Source: an uncultured cyanobacterium
GTDB taxonomy: Bacteria; Cyanobacteriota; Cyanobacteriia; PCC-9006; JAAUQQ01
DNA length: 64,000 nt
NCBI GenBank assembly: GCA_963718615.1
Contig: OY970368.1
Location: forward strand, 5,728,001 to 5,792,000
Direction of reading: 5' to 3'
The position numbers and the translations under genes are program-made. Shown piece by piece: positions 9,947 through 19,365 of this stretch. The notes under the pieces are model-generated. The model ran no database searches. It saw only the letters and a program-made list of their open reading frames with translations, and had not been told where the DNA came from. The first letter of the stretch is position 1. Every line of letters starts with the position of its first letter.

Positions 9947-10564
9947 AGAAAAATAACTCCGAGTTTCGGGAAGTGAAGGAACTTTTAGCCAGCCTACAGC
10001 CTACTTAACCAATGTACACTATCAGCAATTTCCAGCGAAATCATATAGTGGACGCCTTGGAGACTAGAAGAAGAATATCCATCCAACGGTAGACTCAGCA
10101 ACTGCCGATTCTTCTCTATCGATTCCCTCATGACTGTTTTCAGATCCACAACCAATATCCAAGCACTAGTGAAAAACCTCTGTAGGGTTCCAGCTAGCTC
10201 ATATTTAGGTGGCACTGCTTCAGCCTATCTACTCTTGTGAGGCGTTATGCCGAACTTCGTTCTGCCCATCTACCCAAACCCAGACGTTATGCCGATTCAA
10301 CTTTGCCTAACACCCCCGATACAGGCTACCATGCCGAAACTCATTAGTCTAATTACTCAATTATAACCTTAGGCCGATTCAAACCGTGCTCTGCGCCTCC
10401 CAGGGAAGCAGGGTCAAAACTCCCCCCCCCAGGCCCAGGGGCAAAACCCGAGGCAGACTGAATCTAACCCCTGAGGGGTATGACAATCTTGTCATTTGAC
10501 TGCCATAAAGGGTTCACATGGAGAGCCTATTGTGAGAAATGTCATCAGTCTCTCCGCACCACCC

Positions 10565-11821
10565 ATGAAGGTCTCAAAATCCCCCTCCCCTGTGTCTAAC
10601 GCCTTGTCGAAAACATTTACTTCTGCTCTAACCCTGGTTGCGCTGGGGGCGGGAGTGGCGACTGCTGGGTCTTACGTGGCTTGGAGCCCCAACTCCCCGC
10701 TACGCGCTGAAAACCAAATTGCCCAGGCCGCGCCAGCGGGAACGGCTCGGACTGATGCGGCTCCGGTTGCGGCGCTAAGCCCCGGTGCAGCGCTAGGCCC
10801 CAATATGATTCGGGATGTGGTCCAGAACACAGGTGATGCCGTGGTGCGGATCAACGCTTCGCGCACCGTGCAAACCAATGTGCCCGACTTTGGCAACGAC
10901 CCCTTCATGCAGCGGTTTTTTGGCGATCAGCTTTCGAACTTGCCCCGTGAGCGAACAGAACGCGGTTTGGGTTCTGGGTTTATCGTTGGCAAAGACGGCA
11001 AAATTATTACCAATGCCCACGTAATTGATGGGGCCGATCGCGTCACCGTCACCCTCAAGGATGGCCGGACATTTGAAGGTAAGGTTTTGGGTGAAGATAC
11101 CGTTACCGATGTGGCAGTGATCAAAATTGAAGGCAATAACTTACCGACCGTTCCCTTAAGCGATTCAGACCAGCTTCAGCCCGGAGATTGGGCGATCGCC
11201 ATCGGCAACCCCCTCGGTCTCGACAACACCGTCACCGCTGGCATCATCAGCGCCACAGGCCGTTCCAGCTCCGAAATTGGCGCACCAGACCAGTTTGTCG
11301 ACTATATCCAAACCGACGCCGCCATCAACCCCGGCAACTCCGGTGGTCCGCTGCTCAATGCACAGGGCCAGGTCATTGGCATGAACACCGCCATGCTACA
11401 GGGTGCCCAGGGATTGGGGTTTGCGATTCCCGTCAACACAGTCAAGCGCATCGCAGACCAGCTTGAGACCCAGGGCAAAGTCGAGCATCCCTTTGTGGGA
11501 ATTCAGATGATGACGCTGACGCCGGAACTCAAGCAAGAGCTGAACAGCAACCCCAATAGCCCGATTTCGGTCAATGCGGATCAAGGGATTTTGATCACCC
11601 AGGTTGCCCCCAACTCTCCAGCGGCGAAGGCGGGGCTGCGAGCGGGGGATGTGATTGACCAGGTCAATGGCGAAGCGGTCACCGAATCTGAAGTGCTGCA
11701 AAAGCAGGTGCGCAATGGGCGGGTGGGCGATCGCCTAGCCCTGTCGTTGCAACGGGGCGATCGCCAGATCAAGGTCACCGTCCAACCGGAAGCCCTGCCC
11801 CAGAATCAAAACCAAGGCTAG
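10565..11821 (+). CDS. HtrA/HhoA/HhoB-family serine protease with PDZ domain
   Basis: TNAHV, DVAV and GNSGGPL catalytic triad motifs, C-terminal PDZ, N-terminal TM segment. Start chosen at ATG MKVSK (the track gives 10496). Confidence 0.92.
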   Translation: MKVSKSPSPVSNALSKTFTSALTLVALGAGVATAGSYVAWSPNSPLRAENQIAQAAPAGTARTDAAPVAALSPGAALGPNMIRDVVQNTGDAVVRINASRTVQTNVPDFGNDPFMQRFFGDQLSNLPRERTERGLGSGFIVGKDGKIITNAHVIDGADRVTVTLKDGRTFEGKVLGEDTVTDVAVIKIEGNNLPTVPLSDSDQLQPGDWAIAIGNPLGLDNTVTAGIISATGRSSSEIGAPDQFVDYIQTDAAINPGNSGGPLLNAQGQVIGMNTAMLQGAQGLGFAIPVNTVKRIADQLETQGKVEHPFVGIQMMTLTPELKQELNSNPNSPISVNADQGILITQVAPNSPAAKAGLRAGDVIDQVNGEAVTESEVLQKQVRNGRVGDRLALSLQRGDRQIKVTVQPEALPQNQNQG

Positions 11822-11831
11822 AACTGCATCG

Positions 11832-12920
11832 CTAGGACTGCATGGCCATCAAAAACGGCTTGGCCAACCAATAGGCCGTGACAATGCGCGAATCCAGGCC
11901 CTCCCCTGACCGCAGCGTCTGCTCCAACTCCTCCGGCGTCATCAGAATGACTTCGATATCCTCGTCTTCATCCTGGTCCGGGGGAGTTTCTAGTTTTTCT
12001 AAATCCGTGGCCAAATAGGCATAGATAATCTCGTCGGAGTAGCCGGGAGCCAAGAAAAATTGGCCCAGCTTTTGCCAGGTTTTGGCGAGATATCCGGTTT
12101 CCTCCTGAATCTCCCGCTTGACGGCGGCCTCCGGCGCTTCCTCGGGCTCCAGCGTCCCCGCCGGAAACTCTAGCAGCCAGCCCTGGGTTGCAAAACGATA
12201 TTGCTTAATCAACACCAGTTTCCCGTCCGAGGTCACCGGTACCGCCAGGGCACCCCCCGGATGGCGGATACATTCTCCCTCCGTGTGAACCCCGTTGGGC
12301 AGTTTGAAATGGCTGACTTCAAAATCAAACTTGCGACCGCGATAGCAAAGCCGCTGCTTGAGGAGTTGAGGGGGTGTACTGCCAGATTTACTGTCGGGTG
12401 TACTGTCGGGTGTACTGCCAACTGTCATATTTGAATCCCAGGGCTGAATCTCTGAACAGTCTACCCCTTGCTTCAACGCCAAGATAGAGCGCTGCAAAAC
12501 CGGATGGACCCAGTCCGGTGCAATCTCCGCCAGAGGAACTAGCACAAACCCCCGCTCTGCCATGCGAGGATGAGGCACCTGGAGCCGAGGCTGATCGAGG
12601 ATGCGATCGCCATACAACAGCAAATCCAAATCCAGCGTACGCGGACCCCAGCGCTCTCCCCGCTCCCGCCCCAAATCCTTTTCGATGGCCAAAAGCACGT
12701 CTAGTAGAGCGATCGCCTCCAGCCCTGTTTCGACGATCACACAGGCATTCAAATAATCCGGCTGGGGCGGACCCACCGGCGGGGTGCGATAGAACTGCGA
12801 ACCGCAGCGCCACTGAATTTGCGCATGGACCTTGAGGCGATCGCAAGCCGCCCCCAGCAGGGCCGGGGAGTCTCCCAGATTGCTGCCGAGGGCGATCGCC
12901 ACAGTCACCAGCGCTGTCAT
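11832..12920 (-). CDS. folK: Fused FolK (HPPK) and Nudix hydrolase
   Basis: N-half has IALGSNLG, RWGPRTLDLDLL and PHPRM.ERGFVL.PL (HPPK). C-half has the Nudix box GTLEPEEAPEAAVKREIQEETG. There is no stop between them. Start taken as ATG MTALV. Confidence 0.85.
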   Translation of the reverse strand: MTALVTVAIALGSNLGDSPALLGAACDRLKVHAQIQWRCGSQFYRTPPVGPPQPDYLNACVIVETGLEAIALLDVLLAIEKDLGRERGERWGPRTLDLDLLLYGDRILDQPRLQVPHPRMAERGFVLVPLAEIAPDWVHPVLQRSILALKQGVDCSEIQPWDSNMTVGSTPDSTPDSKSGSTPPQLLKQRLCYRGRKFDFEVSHFKLPNGVHTEGECIRHPGGALAVPVTSDGKLVLIKQYRFATQGWLLEFPAGTLEPEEAPEAAVKREIQEETGYLAKTWQKLGQFFLAPGYSDEIIYAYLATDLEKLETPPDQDEDEDIEVILMTPEELEQTLRSGEGLDSRIVTAYWLAKPFLMAMQS

Positions 12921-12998
12921 ACACCAAGCCCAAAACGAGTAAGTCCATCTCACCCTAACGGGTTTTGGCCGGTTCGCAGATTAGCGCAGACTGTTGGC

Positions 12999-13172
12999 CT
13001 AAGGTTTTTTCTTTTTCTCCTGCAAATATTTTTCCAAAGCCTTAGCAATCAAATCGCCTGCATCGTCATCCGGGTTAGGCGTCGGTGGCGATGTTTTTTT
13101 CTCGCTGGGCTTTTGGGAAAGCGTTAAAACGGCCACGATCAGAGCGATCGCAAAGATAGCAACTGGAGGCAT
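12999..13172 (-). CDS. 57-aa small membrane protein, not in the ORF track
   Basis: MPPVAIFAIALIVAVLTLSQKPSEKKTSPPTPNPDDDAGDLIAKALEKYLQEKKKKP, with GAGG SD upstream, an N-terminal TM helix and a charged tail. Confidence 0.6.
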   Translation of the reverse strand: MPPVAIFAIALIVAVLTLSQKPSEKKTSPPTPNPDDDAGDLIAKALEKYLQEKKKKP

Positions 13173-13397
13173 GATGCAACCTCATGAGCGTTGTAGAACT
13201 GGATAGCGTAGATGGCATGGTCCTGAACCCCTTCAGCAGACGTTTTGACTGTTTTTGACCGCCTGGAAGACGAAATACTGAAGGTCGATCTTGCTTTTCA
13301 ATGTAGCAGGCGCAAAATAAAACAGGGTTAGCAGAAGACAACTGTTTAAATTTCTTGCCAGAATGAGACAAAACCTGCGAGGTTTACGCCTTAATCC

Positions 13398-14378
13398 ATG
13401 TCTTCAACTCAATCTGCATCGGCTCCGATCTCTGCATCTGCACAACAGACCGCGCGATCGCCCCTCCCCCTCCAGCGCTGGCCCTACGCCCTGTGGAAAT
13501 TTTCCCGTCCCCATACGATTATTGGCACGACCTGTAGCACCTTAGGACTCGCTTGGCTCGCTGGGGCGGACCTTGGCCTAACGTTCTTCTGGGCTTGGCT
13601 GGCCTGTATCTGCGGCAATGTTTATATCGTTGGCCTCAACCAGCTTACGGACGTCGCCATCGACCAAGTCAATAAACCCCATCTCCCCGTTGCTGCTGGA
13701 GAATTTTCGCCTCGTCAGGGTGGGGCGATCGTGGCGCTGACCGGGTTAAGTGCGATCGCCCTTGCCCTCTGGCAGGGACCCTGGCTCTTGGCAACCGTTG
13801 TTTCTAGTCTCGTCATTGGCACCGCCTACTCGCTTCCGCCTATCCGCCTCAAGCGCTTTCCCTTCTGGGCTTCGCTCTGCATTTTGGGGGTGCGGGGTGT
13901 GATTGTGAACCTAGGGCTGTTTTTGCATTTTCAGGCCCCCGCTTGGCCCAGTGCCGCTTCAGGCTCGGCTTATCCTTCCATCCCAGCCCCATTGTGGGCA
14001 TTGACGTTGTTTGTCATCGTCTTTACGTTTGCCATCGCCATTTTCAAAGACATTCCCGATATTGAAGGCGATCGCCGCTATAACATTTCAACTTTTACCG
14101 TTCAATTGGGTCAGGAAGCGGTGTTTAACTTGGCCCGCTGGGTGTTGACGCTGGGGTATTTGGGCATGGCGATCGCCAGTTTCATGCTCCCCGTCCGCAA
14201 TCTGCCCTTTGCCGTTGCCCTCCAGTTGGTCCCCTTAGCCCTGTTTTGGGCGCTCAGCTTCCGCGTCAATTTACAAAAAAAGCAACGCATCGCCCAGTTT
14301 TACCAATTTATCTGGGTTCTCTTTTTCCTCGAGTACCTCGCCTATCCTCAAATTTTTCAGCTTCCATCCATTTTCTAG
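13398..14378 (+). CDS. Homogentisate phytyltransferase (UbiA family, tocopherol synthesis)
   Basis: WKFSRPHTIIGT, NQLTD..ID.VNKP and KDIPDIEGD motifs; multiple TM segments. Confidence 0.9.
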   Translation: MSSTQSASAPISASAQQTARSPLPLQRWPYALWKFSRPHTIIGTTCSTLGLAWLAGADLGLTFFWAWLACICGNVYIVGLNQLTDVAIDQVNKPHLPVAAGEFSPRQGGAIVALTGLSAIALALWQGPWLLATVVSSLVIGTAYSLPPIRLKRFPFWASLCILGVRGVIVNLGLFLHFQAPAWPSAASGSAYPSIPAPLWALTLFVIVFTFAIAIFKDIPDIEGDRRYNISTFTVQLGQEAVFNLARWVLTLGYLGMAIASFMLPVRNLPFAVALQLVPLALFWALSFRVNLQKKQRIAQFYQFIWVLFFLEYLAYPQIFQLPSIF

Positions 14379-14399
14379 ATTTCCATTTTCTAGGGTTCC

Positions 14400-15212
14400 A
14401 TGCTTCGCCTCTCCCAGGGCCACCTCTCCCTCCTTGATACCTGCCCCCGAAAATTCCAGCACATTCTGCTGGACCAGTTGGCTGCGCCCCATTCGCCAGA
14501 ACAACAGGAGCGGATTGCCTGGGGCGATCGCTTCCACCTCCTGATGCAGCAGCAGCAACTGGCGCTGCCAGTGGAAGCCTTGCTCAGGGGCAATCCCGAC
14601 CTAGAAACCACACTACAAGCCCTACGCCAATCGGCTCCAGACTTGTTTTTGCCCAGTCTTGACGAAACTGCACCCACCCAAGTGCTGAGCGAACATCTGC
14701 GCAGCTTTACCCTGGGGGGATACTCGTTCAGCGTGATTTATGACCTGCTGCTCACCGAACCTGAGCGAGCCCAAATCATTGACTGGAAAACTTATCCTCA
14801 GCCACAACAGGTACAGTGGCTCCAGCAGCATTGGCAAACGCGTCTTTACTGCTACAGCCTCGTGGAAACCAGCGACTATCTTCCCGAACAGGTTTCCATG
14901 ACCTACTGGTTTGTGCGGGGGAGTGAGACTGAGACAACGCCCCAATCTTTGGCGATCGCCTACAGTACCGCGCAACATGCCCAAGTGGCTACGGCCCTCG
15001 CCCAACGCTGCGAACAATTGGACCACTATCTCACAACCTATCGGCGGGGAGACGAGTTGCCCCAGGTGAGCGAAACCCTGGGACGGTGCGATCGCTGTCC
15101 CTTTCAAGAACGCTGTCAACGAGGTCTCTCAGGAGCAGACCCAGGGCGTTTCCCATCGGCTTGGTCTGACCTAGACTTCAGCCTGGAGACTGTTGAGGAG
15201 GTTCTGCCCTAG
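14400..15212 (+). CDS. PD-(D/E)XK nuclease family protein with Fe-S staple (AddB/Cas4-like)
   Basis: N-terminal CPRKF, G..FH, YD...IIDWKT, QTRLY and C-terminal CDRCPFQERC. Confidence 0.82.
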   Translation: MLRLSQGHLSLLDTCPRKFQHILLDQLAAPHSPEQQERIAWGDRFHLLMQQQQLALPVEALLRGNPDLETTLQALRQSAPDLFLPSLDETAPTQVLSEHLRSFTLGGYSFSVIYDLLLTEPERAQIIDWKTYPQPQQVQWLQQHWQTRLYCYSLVETSDYLPEQVSMTYWFVRGSETETTPQSLAIAYSTAQHAQVATALAQRCEQLDHYLTTYRRGDELPQVSETLGRCDRCPFQERCQRGLSGADPGRFPSAWSDLDFSLETVEEVLP

Positions 15213-15215
15213 GCA

Positions 15216-15290
15216 TTAGGATTTTTCGCCCAACACCCCACGGGAGCAGATCAAGATGATTAAAATCATGGCTGGAATAGCAACGCCCAT
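15216..15290 (-). CDS. 24-aa hydrophobic micropeptide
   Basis: MGVAIPAMILIILICSRGVLGEKS preceded by AGGAG SD. It aligns without gaps to the N-terminus of 15667-15876. Confidence 0.5.
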   Translation of the reverse strand: MGVAIPAMILIILICSRGVLGEKS

Positions 15291-15520
15291 GGCTAATTTC
15301 TCCTGATTTGGATAGCGCTTCGGAAAAGACTTCAGCGTGGGGATTGGAGCAGAGGAACAATAACTTGTCCTTATCTGGTCAGAATTTCTGGCCTCTAGGG
15401 GCAATCCCGGAGACTTTATAGAAGCTTTTTAAAGCCAAGCGGGTCTCTCGGGGCGATCGCCCAAGGCCATCAAACAGCAGCTATCAAACAGCAGCTATCA
15501 AAACAAAACCTATACAGCTC

Positions 15521-15552
15521 CAATAAAAAAGCTGGGGACCTCTCCCCAGCTT
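15521..15552 (-). terminator. Rho-independent terminator downstream of the 69-aa ORF
   Basis: Minus strand reads AAGCTGGGGA-GAGG-TCCCCAGCTT followed by TTTTATT. Confidence 0.75.
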
Positions 15553-15666
15553 GTCCGTCGAGGACCTCTCCCCGACTTATTCAAGAGCCATTGTGATCAA
15601 GAGATGGATTCGGATTCGAGCGTTTGAGATTAGGCCATAAAGTTCAGGGGTTAAGGACAAGAAGAT

Positions 15667-15876
15667 CTAGCGATGAGAAGCCTTGGAATAAGCTTGACTA
15701 TGCTGTGCTTTTTTTAACTGTTCTTCGAGCACGAGATATTCCATGTACTCGCGCATTTCGTCTAAATGCTTGGCCTTTTTTGCCGTGAGTTTTAATTTAG
15801 GCTGCGGGTCTGCTAGACAAACGGACCTGCCACAAAACAACGTAATCAGCGCGATCGCTGCAACTGCTATTTCCAT
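15667..15876 (-). CDS. 69-aa small protein with N-terminal hydrophobic helix
   Basis: MEIAVAAIALITLFCGR followed by a charged helical tail; purine-rich leader; terminator downstream. Confidence 0.6.
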   Translation of the reverse strand: MEIAVAAIALITLFCGRSVCLADPQPKLKLTAKKAKHLDEMREYMEYLVLEEQLKKAQHSQAYSKASHR

Positions 15877-16404
15877 AGTGATTTTCTCTCAGGTGTAGAA
15901 CACCACAACAAGCACAAGGGGGATGAAAATTCACCGATACAGCCAGACCCTAGAGGGGCGCGGTGGTGGTGAGGATGGGCGGGCTGCGCTAGGGGGTGGG
16001 AGTCCTAGGATGCGCCTTCCCGGTGGGAGTCAGCCCTGTAGGGGGCGGTGTCTGTATTTATAGTGCTTTCTAAATTGAGAACTAATCCGTTAAAGCACCG
16101 ATTTCCGTGATAGGGTAAAAACTATTTATTTTGGGGGCCTCTGACAAGGTGGCAAAATCAGCAATTTTGTCCGTGGCTTCCCCGAAAAAGGCCCCCCGAT
16201 GCACAGGCAGCAAAAGCTTTACATGGGTGAGAGCACCGATTGCAAGCCTCGCTTAAAAATCCGTAATTTCTGGGGGGTGACAGCCCCTTTTTGAGTGAGG
16301 GGGGATAAACCTTAGAAATTCAAGCGGCTTTTGAGGGGAATTAACCCCGTAGGGGGCAGCCCCCACCGGCAAGGTGACCTTAGCAAATTAGGGAGCTTCA
16401 CCCA

Positions 16405-17337
16405 TCACGAGGATTCGCCTGCGTGGTAAGAGCTGCGCACCAACGGCCCCGATCGCACCTGGGTAAACCCCAAATCACGGGCGATCGCCCCCAATTCCTC
16501 AAATTCCGCTGGCGTCCAATATTTCATCACCGGCAGGTGTTCAAGGGAGGGCCGCAGATATTGACCGAGGGTGAGGCGATCGCAATCCACGGCCCGCAAA
16601 TCCTTCAGGGTTTGAATAATTTCTACCTGGGTTTCCCCATGCCCCAACATCAGGCCCGATTTGGTGGGGATGTGGGGATTGAGCTGTTTGACCTGGGTGA
16701 GGACCTGGAGCGATCGCTCATACTTGGCCCCTCGCCGCACCCGCCCCTGGAGCCGTTCGACGGTTTCGATGTTGTGGTTATAGCAAGCGGGATGGGCCTG
16801 GACGACGGTGGTGATGCGCTGGCGTTGGGCGATCGCCGCTTCCCCCAGATCGGGCTGTCCTCCCCAGAAATCGGGCGTCAAGACTTCAATTTGGCTGTTT
16901 GGACAGCGGCGACGAATCGCGGCCATGGTCTGAGCAAACCAGCCTGCCCCTTGATCCGGCAAATCATCGCGGGTCACTGACGTGAGCACGACATAGCGCA
17001 GCCCCAGCAGCGCCACGGATTCCGCTACTTTCTCCGGCTCTTCCGGATCGAGGGGCATGGGGGCATGGCCCTTATCGACTTGGCAAAAGGCGCAGGCACG
17101 GGTACAGGTCGGTCCCATCAGCAAAAATGTCGCTGTGCCCTGGGCGTAGCACTCGCCACGATTGGGGCAGCGGCCCTCTTCACAGATCGTATGGATTTGG
17201 CGTTGTTTGATGATGCGCTGCACCCGAGAGAGCTCGCTGGCTTTGCCAATGGGGCGTTTGAGCCAAGCCGGGAGAGCCTCCGGCGCAGGAAAAACGGATT
17301 CAGCGGATTCAATGGATTCAACAGATTCAAAAGCCAT
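16405..17337 (-). CDS. lipA: Lipoyl synthase
   Basis: [12 protein letters not shown], radical-SAM CTRACAFC and C-terminal RSSY. Confidence 0.95.
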   Translation of the reverse strand: MAFESVESIESAESVFPAPEALPAWLKRPIGKASELSRVQRIIKQRQIHTICEEGRCPNRGECYAQGTATFLLMGPTCTRACAFCQVDKGHAPMPLDPEEPEKVAESVALLGLRYVVLTSVTRDDLPDQGAGWFAQTMAAIRRRCPNSQIEVLTPDFWGGQPDLGEAAIAQRQRITTVVQAHPACYNHNIETVERLQGRVRRGAKYERSLQVLTQVKQLNPHIPTKSGLMLGHGETQVEIIQTLKDLRAVDCDRLTLGQYLRPSLEHLPVMKYWTPAEFEELGAIARDLGFTQVRSGPLVRSSYHAGESS

Positions 17338-17665
17338 GGCATTCAGATGAAGGATTTCCCTCTAATTGGGGAATAGTAAAAAGTAAAGTGAGGGGACTGC
17401 CAGGCCATCCATTGGCCTAGGGCTCACAACATCCACCCGGATACCTGTCACAGCATCTGTCGGGACCGTAGAAAAACAGCCTGCTCGCGCTAGTCTTTCT
17501 CAAGATAGTATCCGCGAAATTGCTGTGCTATCGTATCGACAGAACACTGCATCAGCAGACCGTCCTAGGGACAAAAAGCGGAGAATAGCCCCTTCTCCTG
17601 CATGTATCGAATGTAAATGTATCCATGACGAAACATTTGCCTAGCTGCTCAGAGAGGAATTCATA

Positions 17666-18208
17666 GTGGCATCTCACAAGATTTTGGTCATCGATGACAG
17701 TAAGGTCATTCGGATGCGGGTTCAGGATATGCTCCCCACCGGAAACTTTGAGATCCTGGAAGCAAAGGATGGCTTAGAGGGGCTGCGGTTAATCCGCGAA
17801 GAGCGTCCAACGCTGATTATGCTTGATTTCCTGTTGCCCAAGATGAATGGCTGGGAAGTCTTCCAGAATATTCAGGCCGATAGTTCGCTCCAGTCGATCC
17901 CCCTGGTGGTGATGTCAGGTCGCAAGGAAGAGGTGACGGAGAAGCTGCCGGAGCCGTTTGAATATTTTGAGTTTATCGAAAAGCCTTTTGAAAAGGACGA
18001 GCTGATGACGGCCATCAAGGCCGCGATGATGAAGGCTCGGAAGCGACCCAAGACAGTTGCCCCAGCGCCAACGGCTGTAGCGGCGGGTGCAGGCGCAGAG
18101 GATGTGGCGGCGTTGCAGGCCCGTGTCGCGACCCTAGAGCAGGAAGTGGCCACGCTGAAGAAGCAGCTCACCCAGGTGGTGACCTTTGTTCGGCAAAAAA
18201 TGTCTTAA
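17666..18208 (+). CDS. Response regulator (receiver domain + C-terminal coiled coil)
   Basis: ILVIDD, IMLDFLLP and EKPF motifs; GAGG SD before GTG. Confidence 0.88.
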   Translation: MASHKILVIDDSKVIRMRVQDMLPTGNFEILEAKDGLEGLRLIREERPTLIMLDFLLPKMNGWEVFQNIQADSSLQSIPLVVMSGRKEEVTEKLPEPFEYFEFIEKPFEKDELMTAIKAAMMKARKRPKTVAPAPTAVAAGAGAEDVAALQARVATLEQEVATLKKQLTQVVTFVRQKMS

Positions 18209-18254
18209 GGGTAAGGGTGTCTTAGGGATGTCTTAGGGATGTCTTAGAGTGACC

Positions 18255-18860
18255 TTAGTCCAGTTCCCGACGGCCCTCTAGGGCACGGGCGAGGGTGACT
18301 TCGTCGGCATATTCGAGGTCGCCTCCCATGGGCAAGCCAAAGGCAATGCGGGTCACTTTGGTAAAGGGTTTGAGCAAGTGGCCTAGGTAAAGCGTGGTGG
18401 TTTCGCCTTCCACGCTAGGACTGATGGCCAAAATTACTTCGCCAATGCCTTGGCTGACGCGGCGCACTAGGGGCTGAATATTGAGTTGCTCGGGGCCAAT
18501 GCCGTCCATGGGAGAAATTAATCCACCCAGGACATGGTATTTGCCCCGATATTCTCGGGTTTTTTCCAAGGCAATGACATCGCGGGAGTCAGAGACAACG
18601 CAAATGGTTTGGCTGTCGCGGTTCGGAGCTCGGCAAATATTACAGACGGGTTCGGCGGATAGGTGAAAACAGACCGAACATTGACCCACCTGCTTTTTCG
18701 CCTCTAGCAGGGCTTGAGCCAGGGCTTCGACTTCGGGTTCAGGTCGATTGAGGATATGCAGCGCCAGACGCTGGGCGGACTTTGGCCCGACACCGGGGAG
18801 GCGCTGGAGTTGTTCGATTAATCGGGCGAGGGGCGGGGTATAAACGGTCCGAGTCTCCAA
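18255..18860 (-). CDS. recR: Recombination mediator RecR
   Basis: [13 protein letters not shown] HhH, C4 zinc finger, Toprim region and LEYADEVTL. Confidence 0.95.
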   Translation of the reverse strand: METRTVYTPPLARLIEQLQRLPGVGPKSAQRLALHILNRPEPEVEALAQALLEAKKQVGQCSVCFHLSAEPVCNICRAPNRDSQTICVVSDSRDVIALEKTREYRGKYHVLGGLISPMDGIGPEQLNIQPLVRRVSQGIGEVILAISPSVEGETTTLYLGHLLKPFTKVTRIAFGLPMGGDLEYADEVTLARALEGRRELD

Positions 18861-18892
18861 AAAACCAGCATTGACGATGATAGCTCGTTAGC

Positions 18893-19318
18893 ATGGGGCT
18901 AGGCACTCCATGCAAAATAATGAAGATTCAAGCTCCCAAGACTCGTCGAGGTGGTGGCGATCGCCCTCGCGAATGGATGCGAGGACTAGGCATTGGTTTA
19001 CTGGGTCTCCTGTTAACCCTAGGGGGCGTCCTGTGGCAGCAGCCCTCCTTCGCCCAAGCGGCACTGAATGAGTCACGGATTTCACGGTTGGAGTTTGTGG
19101 TGCAGGAGCTGCGATCGCAAGTCCAACGCCTCTCCAGCCAATCCTTGCCCTTAGAGCCCCAAGCGACTAATCCTCCCTTCTCCATTAGCCAACCCCCGAG
19201 CGCTCAGCGGCGCGGTGGTCCCACCCAAGAACAGTTTGAGAATTTGGCTAACTTGGTAATTGAACTGAAGGAAGAGGTGCGATCGCTCCAATCCCAAGTC
19301 GATCAACTTCAGCGCTAG
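18893..19318 (+). CDS. Hypothetical exported coiled-coil protein
   Basis: Signal/TM segment, two coiled coils and FENLANLVIELKE. Start uncertain. Confidence 0.7.
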   Translation: MGLGTPCKIMKIQAPKTRRGGGDRPREWMRGLGIGLLGLLLTLGGVLWQQPSFAQAALNESRISRLEFVVQELRSQVQRLSSQSLPLEPQATNPPFSISQPPSAQRRGGPTQEQFENLANLVIELKEEVRSLQSQVDQLQR

Positions 19319-19365
19319 CCCTAGTCAATCGCTGCGGATTCAGCATTACCGCTCAAAATTACCGT

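Noticed and set aside
9994-10215. 73-aa ORF, and an LDIGCGS motif in an alternate frame
   Set aside because: No recognisable family. The SAM-like motif is too short and is preceded by a stop, so it cannot be called a pseudogene.
15216-15404. 62-aa version of the micropeptide ORF
   Set aside because: It needs a TTG start with no clear SD; the internal ATG at 15290 follows AGGAG and matches the paralog's start.
14400-15600. Cas4-like gene and nearby repeats as CRISPR-Cas
   Set aside because: No other cas genes and no repeat-spacer array. The nearby repeats are short head-to-tail duplications.
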